Shown here piece by piece: positions 47,185 through 64,000 of a DNA stretch of 64,000 nt. Below the pieces are notes generated by a model, which saw only the letters and a program-made list of their open reading frames with translations, was not told the origin of the DNA and did not search any database. This stretch comes from the human T2T-CHM13v2.0 reference genome, Homo sapiens: the NCBI RefSeq assembly GCF_009914755.1, contig NC_060925.1; one strand, given 5' to 3'. Position 1 is the first letter of the stretch. Each line of letters starts with the position of its first letter. The position numbers were made by a program, and so were the translations under genes.

Positions 47185-48213
47185 AAATGTATCAGAATTT
47201 TTTTTCATTGCAAGTAGCAGGAAGCTCAACTCAAAGTGATCTAAACACGGACATCTATACTCAGAAGTACAGACATAGGGCAGAATGGAAGGTGTGTAGG
47301 TTTGTAGGTGCTGTGAGTCAACACTGTCATCGGGGACCCGGGTTCTTTCCATCCCTCTACACTTCCAGTCACAGTGTCTTAAATCTAGTGCCCTTGAGTT
47401 ATAGGAGGGTCACCAGTAGCCAGGCTTCCTAGTTCATGTTCAGGAGTGACTCCTCATGGCTCCCCATGGCTCTGTTAAAATCAAAGAAACATCTTTTCCA
47501 ACAGCCCTTTCAAACTCCTCATCGCATCTCACTGGCTGATTCAGTCATTTAAACCTGCTTCTCCCTAAAGCTGATCACTGGCTAAGCTAATAGGGTTTCC
47601 GGGATTGGTTTAGCCTGATACTAATCCAGGTCTACCTTCAGGAGCCAGACCAAACTGCCTATTGGCATTGCATTCTTGCAGTAGGGAGGGGAGGTATGGA
47701 TGGTGTGGAGTCCACCACAAGGTCCATGCCAGTCTTTGCTGAACCAGCATCAGACTCCATCAAGCAACAGATGAGAGGTTCCATGATAAAGTGGCCCTCA
47801 GCAATCCCCATCCATTGCTGTCTAGGAAGAACAGTGCTTGTACACAGGTTTAGGACCTCAGTCTTGGCTGTAATCTTCTGGTTTACTTTGCCAGCACCAA
47901 ACAGAAGGAAAGAAAGGGCTCAAATTTGACCAAATAAATTATGCTTCTCCTTCCAGAGATAACCTTGAGTCCTGTCTAGGAAGATATTAGAATTGTAAAG
48001 AAAAAAAAAATTACTCCTTATCCTATGGCAAGTGGAGTCTATGTCTACTTCAGCTGAAATTAAATCCTGTCCATAATAGATGACCCTTGCTCAAGCTGGC
48101 CAGAAGCCATACCAACCAGCACGAAGGTTAAAACTATTATTAGTTTTTTCTGTGATTTTCATTTTCAGGCCAAGTTTTAGAACAATAAGATTTTAAGAAT
48201 AGGAAGTAAGTAA

Positions 48214-48410
<197 letters not shown>

Positions 48411-49167
48411 TAGTAGAGATGGGATTTCACCCTGTTGGCCAGGCTGGTCTTGAACTCTTGACCTCAAGTGACCTTCCTAACTCAGCCTCCCAAAGTGCTG
48501 GGATTACAGGCGTGAGCCACCGCACCAAGCCTGGAATCTATGTCTTACAGTTATGAGAATCAACAGCTAGCTCATTATGGGCAAGGTGATGTCACTCTGG
48601 CTTCTCAATGAAAATGGCATTTCTCCCTTGGAAAAGGTCATAGCCAGTCAGTCAGTCAGTCAACAAACATTTATTGAGTACTTACCAGGCACTGTGCTAG
48701 ACCCTGGAGATACAGGAGTGGTGAATGAAATCAACATGGGCTCTGCCCTGGAAAGCTTCATGGAAAAGGCAGTCAATAAAAAAGAAAAAAGATAATTATG
48801 GATTATAATAATGATAAAGGACGTAAGCAGAGATGTGATGTGGAGTAAGTGTGTATTAGGAGCATATAGGAAGGCTGTTCTGAGAAGATGGCTCTCAAGT
48901 TCTTGAAGATATCCAAGTACTTTTCTGTCCACATTCTAAACCAACTGAAAAATAAGACGAAAAAAAAAAGCAACAAAAGGGCTGAGCACAGTGCCTCACG
49001 CCTGTAATCCCAGCTACTCTAGAGGCTGAGGCAGGAGAATTTCTTAAACCTGGGAGGCAGAGGTTGAGCCACCCCACTCCAGCCTGGGTGACAAAGCGAG
49101 ACTCTGTCTCTAAATAAATAAATAAGTAAATAAATACTTTAGGTTTAGATTTTTTTTTTTTTTTTGA

Positions 49168-49443
<276 letters not shown>

Positions 49444-50346
49444 TAGGATTATAATTTTTTTATAGATTACCTCTACCTAGTTGACGAAAACGGTTCAGTG
49501 GCTGTTGCCCCGAGAGCAAGCATTCATCCCAGTTTACCAGGGGCTTTTCCAATGTTAGCAGCAAGAGTTCCATGTCCCAGGCACTCCTTCAGTCCTAGTT
49601 GTTCCAATCCTAAGAGGATGAGCAGAGGCCAGGGGCGTTTAGGGACAATTCCTCTCCATGGAGACCATGACTAGAAAAGACTGTACCCCTATGGCCGGGC
49701 ATGGTGGCTCACGCCTGTAATCCCAGCACTTTGGGAGGCCGAGGTGGGTGGATCACAAGGTCAGGAGATCGAGACCTTCCTGGCTAACACAGTGAAACCC
49801 CATCTCTACTAAAAAATACAAAAAATTAGCTGGGTGTGGTGGCGGGTGCCTGTAGTCCCAGCTACTCAGGAGGCTGAGGCAGGAGAATGGTGTGAACCCA
49901 GGAGGCGGAGCTTGCAGTGAGTGGAGATCGCACCAATGCACTCCAGCCTGGGCAACAAAGCGAGACTTGGTCTCAAAAAAGAAGAAAAAGAAAAGAAAAG
50001 ACTGTACCCCTAATAGTGACTTTTGAGCTGGAAGCCAAAGGAGCTAACCAGGCAAAAACTAGGAGGAAAAACATCTCAGAAAGAGGAGACACCAAATACC
50101 AAGACTCTGAAGGAAAGGGTGTGATGTGATTAGAGGAACTGAGTTGGGGGAGACAGGATGTACTGCTGGTGGAGGAGTAGCCAGGAGCCAAACCAGGAAG
50201 GACTTTGTGAACCTAACCATGAGAGAGAGTGCAAATTTCCTTTTAAGAAAAACAGGACAGGCCAGGAGCGGTGGCTCGCACCTGTAATTCCAGCACTTCA
50301 GGAGGCCTAGGTGGGTGGATCACCTGAGGTCAGGAGTTCGAGATCA

Positions 50347-50613
<267 letters not shown>

Positions 50614-51146
50614 TTACATTCCTTAAAAGCTTGCCGGGGCTGCGTATGGAGAATTGTTTTGAGGGACTCAGAAGGGAAGCAGCAGGTCCAGATGAAAGAT
50701 TTTTATAAGTGGTCCTGGCAAGAGATGATGGGGACTTGGGTTAAGATGGTAGAACCAAGAGGACTTGCTGAGGGACTGGATTTTGGCCAGCAGAGAAGAT
50801 GGAAATTCACAAATCTACTGGATTCTTAGCTTGAGCATCCAGGGGCCTAATGGAATGTATGGAGATAAGGAGAGCTGGAAAAAATTTTGTTCTTACACTT
50901 TCTAGCTTAGCTGCGTCAAGTTTCAGATGCCTTTAAGATAGCCAAGTGGAGACGTCAAGTAGGAGGCGAGAGGTGGCACTGAACGTGCAGGCAGGTTACC
51001 TGGGTTTGAATCCAGACTCTGCCAACTATATGACCTCGGGCAAGTTAGTTAACCTCTCTATGCCTCAGTTTTTAGCTCTGTCAAAGGGAGTTAATAAAAT
51101 AACTATTGGAGAAGTAGGATTTTGCAACAAATAATAATACACATAG

Positions 51147-51320
<174 letters not shown>

Positions 51321-51471
51321 TGACTAACTTTTGTATTTTTTTAGTAGAGACGGGGTTTCACCATGTTAGCCAGGCTTGTCTCAAACTCCTGACCTCAGGC
51401 AATCCACCCATCTCAGCCTCCCAAAGTGCTGGGATTACGAACGTGAGCCACTGTCCCCAGCCAAATGTTAG

Positions 51472-51841
<370 letters not shown>

Positions 51842-51944
51842 TAGTAGAGACAGGGTTTCACCATGTTAGCCAGGAAGGTCTTGATCTCCTGACCTCGTGA
51901 TCTGCCCGCCTCAGCCTCCCAAAGTGCTGGGATTACAGGCTTGA

Positions 51945-52115
<171 letters not shown>

Positions 52116-52580
52116 TGAGTCTGGAACTCATGGGAGAGGTCATAAATTGACATATAAATCTTGAGCTGGACACAGTGGCTTACACCTGTAATCCCAGCAC
52201 TTTGGGAGGCCAAGGTTGGAGGGTTGCTTGAGCCTAGGAGTTTGAGACCAACCGCCGGCAACACAGGGATACTCCATCTCTATAAAAAATTAAAAAAATT
52301 AGTCAGGCATGGTGGCACATGCCTGTAGTTGTAGCTACTTAGAAGGCTGAGGCAGGAAGATCACTTGAACTCAGGAGGTTGAGGCTACAGTGAACCATGA
52401 TCATACCACTGCACTCCAGCCTAGGCAACAGAGCAAGACTCTATCTCAAAAAATAGTCAGTCTGGGTGTGGTGGCTCATGCCTGTAATTCCAGCACTTTG
52501 GGAAGCTTAGGTGGGTGGATCTTTTAAGGTTGGGAGTTCGAGACCTACCTGGCCAACATGGTGAAACTCCACCTCTTCTA

Positions 52581-52715
<135 letters not shown>

Positions 52716-52866
52716 CTAGGCGACAGAGTGAGAGTCTGTCTCAAAAAATAAAATAGAATAAAATAAAATAAAAAGAATAAATGAAAAAATAAATACCGCG
52801 GGTGCGGTGGCTCACACCTATAATCCCAGCACTTTGGGAGGCTGAGGCAGGCGAATCACGAGGTCA

Positions 52867-53094
<228 letters not shown>

Positions 53095-53172
53095 TCAGGC
53101 CTGTAATCCCAGCACTTTGGGAGGCCAAGGCGGGCGGATCACAAGGTCATGAGATCGAGACCATCCTGGCTA

Positions 53173-53400
<228 letters not shown>

Positions 53401-53469
53401 TCAAAAGAAAAAAAATAAAAATAAAATCAATAAGTCAGTCTTGGAGCCAGCATATCTAGGCGGTGTTTG

Positions 53470-53975
53470 TGGCTAATGTTGTAGGTTAGCCCATATTCCC
53501 ACCCCTTCTCCTTTGCTTTTCTCTGCTCTGAGGCTAAATGCTGCAGACTAGAATCCCCAGGCCCCCTTGCAGTTAGAAGTGGCATTGATACAGTTTTGGC
53601 TAATGAAATGTACACAGAAACCTGCTGGGTAATTTCTTTTCTTTTTTCCAACTATCCAGACTTATAGGAGATGGGGAGGTTTGTGCTGCAGGGATACTGA
53701 CCTTTGGTGCTTTCCCTCTTCCCTACCTTGAATGTGGATGTCCTGGCTGGGAACCCAGCTGCCAGCTCATGACCAGGAGGTAACAAGCAGGAATAAAAGG
53801 CCACCAGAGTCACAGAGACGAAGCTGCGGCGTTACCGAGGTGCGAATCACTGTGATTCCTAGGTGCGAATCATCACCAGCAATCACTTCTCTCAGGACTC
53901 CTTGTTAAGAAAAATAAACTCCTATTTATTGAGACCATGAGAGTTACGTTGAGAGGTATATTGTTATTGAAGCTG
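53470..53975 (+). mobile_element. Ancient ERVL/MaLR LTR (LTR16/MLT1-like) immediately upstream of the RBP7 CpG island
   Basis: CCCCTTGCAGTTAGAAGTGG...CAGTTTTGGCTAATGAAATG motif, then CTCAGGACTCCTTGTTAAGAAAAATAAACTCCTATT terminal motif. Confidence 0.55.
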
Positions 53976-54306
53976 ACAATATTCAATGCCATGAGTTTGA
54001 AGATCATCCCTGGGTCATTAACATATAAGCAGGGAAGAAAATGTGGCCCGAAACAGTCTGGGACATGAGAAAGCAGTAGGAGAGGAAGCCCCAAGGAAAG
54101 GGGGAAGCTGCCGCGCGGTGGGCAGAGCCAGGAGCACCGGGCTGAGGCGGCCGGGAGCGCAGCGGCTTCTAGGGGTGAGTGGGACCCACGCGGCCCCACC
54201 TGCTCCTCCCGCGCGCGGCCCCACCCCCCTGCCCCGCCCCGCCTGGTTTATAGGTCCCGGCCCGAGCCTCCGGCCGCCCGCCGGGTTTGTCCCGCGATCC
54301 CCGACC

Positions 54307-54379
54307 ATGCCCGCCGACCTCAGCGGTACTTGGACCCTGCTCAGCAGCGACAACTTCGAGGGCTACATGCTGGCCCTAG
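54307..54379 (+). CDS. RBP7: RBP7 (cellular retinol-binding protein 7, CRBP IV) coding exon 1: MPADLSGTWTLLSSDNFEGYMLAL-G; the gene continues beyond the window
   Basis: FABP/CRBP N-terminal G-x-W...NF-E-x-YM-x-ALG signature, family-typical 73-nt phase-1 first exon, donor TAG|GTAAGG. No second exon is visible before 64000. Confidence 0.95.
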
Positions 54380-54750
54380 GTAAGGCGGAGGGGAGGCGGC
54401 GGCGGCGCGAGGCTCGCCGTGGGTCTCGGGATCAGGCGAAGGCGGCCGGGCCGGGCCTGTAGGTACGTCCTCTGTCCGTGCCTCCGCCCTGCTGCGCCCA
54501 CCGTCGCCCAGTCGCCCCCGAGTCCGCTGGTCCTTGGCGCCTCCGTCCATCGGGCGCGGGACCCCAGTCCTTCAGTCCCCCAGTCCGTCCTTTCCCGCGC
54601 CCACCCGCCCCCCTGTCCCCACGGCCGTCTCTCCACGCCCTCTGTTCCCCCGGCCGTCGATCCCCCACCCGTCCGTCCCTGAGTGCCCGCGTCCAGCCCC
54701 ACGTCCGTCTCTACCCGCACGCGGCACACCTGCGGAGACTGCAGACTCGG

Positions 54751-54786
54751 GGTCCGGCCGGGGAGGGGGGTCCGGCCGGGGAGGGG
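54751..54786 (+). repeat. 2x 18-bp G-rich tandem repeat GGTCCGGCCGGGGAGGGG
   Basis: Direct reading; two exact copies. Confidence 0.85.
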
Positions 54787-56005
54787 GCGCCCGGGACCGA
54801 AGCCTCTGCCCGGCCACCCTCCCCGCAGCCGCCTTCCGTGCAGGCCCCGGGGCCCCGGGCGCGCTCCCGCAGCGAAGTCCCAGCAGCCTCGGCGCACCCG
54901 GAGCGGGTCGGGGATGCAGAATCCCGGAGCCAGCGGACGACCCTTCAGGTCCGGGCACCCGCGGGAGTGCAGAGCCTGGTTCGGCCCGGGGCGTGCCCCG
55001 ACCGCCGCCTCCCACGAGGGCTGGGTGCCCGCGGCGTTCTTGCTCCCGGGGGCCCCGCGCTGTGCTTCCCGCCCTCATCGCGGTGCCAACGGTGCGCGGA
55101 CTCTCAACTCACTGCAACCTCCGCCTCCTCGGTTCAAGCGATTCTCCTGCCACAGCCTTCCAAGTAGCTGGGATTACACGCGTGCGCCAGCCACCACGTC
55201 CGGCTAATTTTGTACTTTTAGTAGAGAAGGGGTTTCACTATATTGGTCAGGCTGGTGTCCAACTCCTGACCTCAGGTGATCCACCCGCCTTGGCCTCCCA
55301 AAGTGCTGGGATTACAGGTGTGAGCCACGCGCCCTGCCACGAGTGTAGTTTTTCTTGTAGCTTTAGGAATCTGGGAAGTTGCCGTGCCGGCCAATCCCTG
55401 AACCCTTGACCCGTGGGCAATTTTTGTTTTCTTTTTTTCTTTCTTTCTTTCTTTCTTTCTTTCTTTTTTTTTTTTTTTTTTGAGACGGAGTCTCGCTCTG
55501 TTGCCCAGGCTGGAGTGCAGTAGTACGATCTCGGCTCACTGCAAGCTCCGCCTACCGGGTTCACGCCATTTTCCTGCCTCAGCCTCTCCGAGTAGCTGGG
55601 ACTATAGGCGCCCGCCACCACGCCCAGCTAATTTTTGTATTTTTTAGTAGAAACGGGGTTTCACCATGTTGGCCAGGCTGGTCTCGAACATCTGCCCTCG
55701 TGATCTGCCCACCTTGGCCTCCCAAAGTGCTGGGATTACAGGCGTGAGGCACCGCACCGGCCAATTTTTGTTTTCTTAACCTTAGGGCCCATCTTAGTTG
55801 ATAAAGGGGCATTTATTTTGCTCTTTCATATCCCAAGAGATAAGAGTGTTCCTCTGGGTATGGGAAAAGCACCTCTCACTTGAGAGTCTTATGATCTTCT
55901 TCAGAGGAAGAGCAGAGAATTCTTTTATGGCCTGCTTCAGGGAAGAGGGGCAAAAGAAGGTCTGAGGGGGACCTTCCTGCTACTGTTATTTCCTCAAATG
56001 CCAAG

Positions 56006-56677
<672 letters not shown>

Positions 56678-57137
56678 GGTGCCATGTTCTGAGGTCGCCT
56701 ATCCAGAAACCCTTAAATCCAGAACGGTTTTCTGAAAACCAGCAACTGTGTTTCAACTTCAGATCTAATTTGTTAAAGTACTAAGTACTTACATCAATTT
56801 GTTAAAGTGCTAAGTACTTAGGTCACACTTATAGCACTAGAGTGGTTGTTTACATAATACTGTAATACTCTTTTTTTTTTTTTTTTTTTTTAGATGGAGT
56901 CTGGCTCTATTGCCTAGGCTGGAGTGCAGTGGCGCGATCTCGGTGTGAGCCACTGTGCCCAGCCATAATACTATAATACATTTTATCTTAAGAATTAAGT
57001 TGGTCTGGGTGCAGTGGCTCACACCTGTAATCCCAGCACTTTGGGATGCTGAGGCAGGTGGATCATGAGGTCAGGAGTTCAAGACCAGCCTGGCCAACAT
57101 GGTGAAGCCCCACCTCTACTAAAAATACAAAAAATTA

Positions 57138-57626
<489 letters not shown>

Positions 57627-58264
57627 CTAGCAATCTTGAATTTTACTGATTTACTTGAATATATAATTAACTTTAAATTTATATGCTTGTTCATGTACAT
57701 GTAAGGAAAATACATTCCATAAAAAATCACAGATATAGTACTTAGATCTTTAAACTGTAGGGTCTAGGAAAATAATAAATGATCGCCTCTTTTTTTGTTG
57801 TTGTTGTTGAGATGGAGTCTCTCTCTGTTGCCCAGGCTAGAGTGCAGTGGTGCGATCTCGGCTCACTGCAACCTCTGCCTCCTGAGTTCAAGCAATTCTC
57901 CTGCTTCAGCCTCCTGAGTAGCTGGTATTACAGGTGCCCACCACCTCTCCTGGCTAATTTTTGTATTTTTAATAGAGACGGAGTTTTACCATCTTGGCCA
58001 GGCTGGTCTTGAACTCCTGACCTCGTGATCCACCCGCCTTGGCCTCCCAAAGTGCTGGGATTACAGGCGTGAGCTACCGTGCCTGGCTGATTGCCTCTTT
58101 TTTAGTAGTAGAAGTGAGGTAAATGCCTGTTGGCAGTGATGCTAAGGGTCAAATAAGTCACCAGCAAATACACAGCACACATCTCATGATGTGCTCCAGC
58201 TGGCATCTCATTTGAGGGCAGAAAATCACTCCCTTTTGTCTAAAAACTAGTGTTCAGGAACTGA

Positions 58265-58730
<466 letters not shown>

Positions 58731-58864
58731 TAATGCCCACAGATATTGACTAACTTGTGCAAGTCCTCGCCTTTAGTCCTGTTATGAACCCAAGAAGGTG
58801 GTGGTGTTACTAACTTGTCCCAGATTACTGTGTACACTGGGATATATTTATTTAATTTAATTAG

Positions 58865-59137
<273 letters not shown>

Positions 59138-59575
59138 TAAAGTGCTGGGATTACAGGCATGAGCCACCACATCTGGCCCTACACTGGGATTTAAAGGGAT
59201 CCCTTCTTGCCTTCAACCCACATTGCCTTGAGATTAGAAGTGGCTTTGAGATTGAAGGTTAATATAAACATCTGAAGCTTAGATAAATGTACGTTTGTGT
59301 GGACTCCTTTGAGATCCTACCTTCAGGTGTATATGCTCACACATTTGTAATAGCACGTGCATCAGGCTGTTCCCTCCTACTCGAATGTCTTATTTTCTAT
59401 TTAACATAATCTAGTAGATGAAAAAGCATGGCTTGACCTGGGTAACAGCCTTATGAGGAATATGGCCTTTTGGACTGTTGGACTGTTGAGGTTCTAGTAA
59501 GTGTGGACCTGGCAGAAAGTGACCAGAACTTATGCTAATTTATTCATTTTATTTTATTTTTATTTTTTGAGATAG

Positions 59576-59773
<198 letters not shown>

Positions 59774-59949
59774 TGAACTCCTGGCCTCAAGTGATCTGCC
59801 TGCCTCGGCTTCCCAAAGTGCTGGAATTACAGGCCTGAGCCACTGGACCTGGCCCAGAACTTATGCTAATTCAAAGTAAATTTTGGTATTTAAAGAGGCC
59901 AGCCTTGTAACTGCAAATCTGTGAAGTGACAATGTTGCAACATGGTAGT

Positions 59950-60755
<806 letters not shown>

Positions 60756-61090
60756 AGTAGTGCAAATTGTAAATTTGCTAACAACAAATTGCCTCACATA
60801 TTTTATTTTATTTATTTATTTTTTGAGATGGATTCTTGCTCTGTCACCTAGGCTGGAGTGCAGTAGCGAGATTTCAGCTTGCTGCAACCTCCACCTCCCG
60901 GGTTCAAGAGATTCTCCTGCCTAAGCCTCCCGAGTAGCTGGGATTACAGGCACCCCCCACCACGCCTGACTAATTCTTGTATTTTTAGTAGAGATGGGGT
61001 TTTGCCATGTTGGCCAGGCTGGTCTCGAACTCCTGACCTCAGGTGATCTGCCCTCCTCAGCCTCCCAAAGTGTTAGGATTACAGGTGTGA

Positions 61091-61246
<156 letters not shown>

Positions 61247-61444
61247 TGAGTAGCTGGGATTGCAGGCATGCCCCACCACGCCCAGCTAATTTTGTATTTT
61301 TAGTAGAGACGGGGTTTCTCCATATTGGTCAGGCTGGTCTCCAACTCCCGACCTCAGGTGATCGCCCACCTCTGCCTCCCAAAGTGCTGGGATTAAGGCA
61401 TGAGCCACTGCGCCCAGCCAGATTGATGGATTGATTGATTTTGA

Positions 61445-61603
<159 letters not shown>

Positions 61604-61723
61604 TAGTAGAGACGGGGTTTCTCCATATTGGTCAGGCTGGTCGCGTTGGTCTGCCCGCCTCGGCCTCCCGAAGTGCTGGGATTACAGGCATGAGCAACCG
61701 TGCCCGGCGCCTCACAGATTTTA

Positions 61724-62131
<408 letters not shown>

Positions 62132-62247
62132 TCATATTGCATCTCAAACTAAAAACTGGAGTTCTAGATTTAAACACACACACACAAGCTTTTTTATTTG
62201 CAGCTGAGACTACAGGCATGTACCACTATGCCCAGCTGTTTTTTTGA

Positions 62248-63138
<891 letters not shown>

Positions 63139-63255
63139 TAGTGGTGTTTATTTCTAGCTACATAATATGCTCAAAGGCAGTAAGTGGAACTGGGATTCCA
63201 AACCCTGATCTTCATCTTCTTAGCATTCCATGTTTCCCTGTGGAACTCTTCTTTA

Positions 63256-63630
<375 letters not shown>

Positions 63631-63775
63631 TTACTCAGGAGACTGAGGCAAGAGAATTGCTTGAACCCGGGAGTGGAGGTTGCAGTGAGCTGAAATCGTG
63701 CCACTGCTCTCCCCAACCTGGGCGACAGAGTGAGACTGTGTCTCGGAAAAAAAAAAAGAAAAAAAAAAGTATATA

Positions 63776-63776
63776 C

Positions 63777-63836
<60 letters not shown>
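63776..63836. repeat. Compound microsatellite (GT)n(AT)n(AG)n
   Basis: Direct reading, adjacent to an Alu A-tail. Confidence 0.92.
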
Positions 63837-64000
63837 GTATATACATGAATCCAGTGGTTTTTGAGTTTTGTTTTCATTCTTGTTGAGAAACTGTTCAAAT
63901 GCTCTCTTAATTCAAAGTGTAAATACATAAGGCAGAAAAAGGCAGAGTTATGACTGAGGCTGGGTTGGGGGGCCTAAGCCCTGTCCCTTTGGTTTTCTTT

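Larger units (their letters stand above)
54080..55105. promoter_or_regulatory. RBP7: RBP7 CpG island promoter: GC boxes (54232-54243), CACCC box, TATA-like TTTATA at 54247-54252
   Basis: Very high GC and CpG content; the TATA-like element lies ~60 bp upstream of the ATG at 54307. Confidence 0.85.

Noticed and set aside
47630-47930. Unique-looking island with a 77-aa ORF and CAG|GTTTAG donor as a possible exon
   Set aside because: No recognisable homology and no phase-consistent partner exons found. It could be a non-coding read-through exon, but sequence alone does not support that.
54018-55409. Long Pro/Arg/Gly-rich ORFs (up to 291 aa) on both strands
   Set aside because: Stop-codon depletion in the GC-rich RBP7 CpG island running into an Alu. 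Only 54307-54379 is supported as coding.

Overview
Human genomic DNA that I recognise as 1p36.22. It is extremely Alu-dense (well over half the window by eye), so almost all of the supplied ORF track is Alu artefact. Contents from left to right: (1) a CpG-island bidirectional promoter shared by LZIC (- strand, first exon only) and NMNAT1 (+). (2) The complete NMNAT1 gene: non-coding exon 1 ending at 420; coding exons 29136-29250, 32657-32840, 38094-38233 and 39364-39764 (840 nt, 279 aa); an Alu-rich 3'UTR to about 42560. (3) Inside the 28.6-kb NMNAT1 intron 1: a tailless 7SK retrocopy, the MIR5697 hairpin, and an antisense spliced gene that the ORF track misses. I reconstructed this gene exon by exon (17695 to 7482; five exons with GT-AG sites and matching phases). 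It encodes a 142-codon multi-pass membrane protein broken by one in-frame TAA, and is probably the unitary pseudogene TMEM274P. (4) The CpG island, TATA-like box and first coding exon of RBP7, followed by its intron 1. Other notable observations: an intron-3 Alu carrying 24 bp of the unique 5' flank of a 3'UTR Alu 6 kb away (local source/daughter pair, 5'-transduction-like); template-switch scars that explain how the MIR5697 hairpin arose; a second similar hairpin inside an Alu; and an Alu-derived alternative acceptor that would truncate NMNAT1. Gene and repeat names come from recognition, not database searches.
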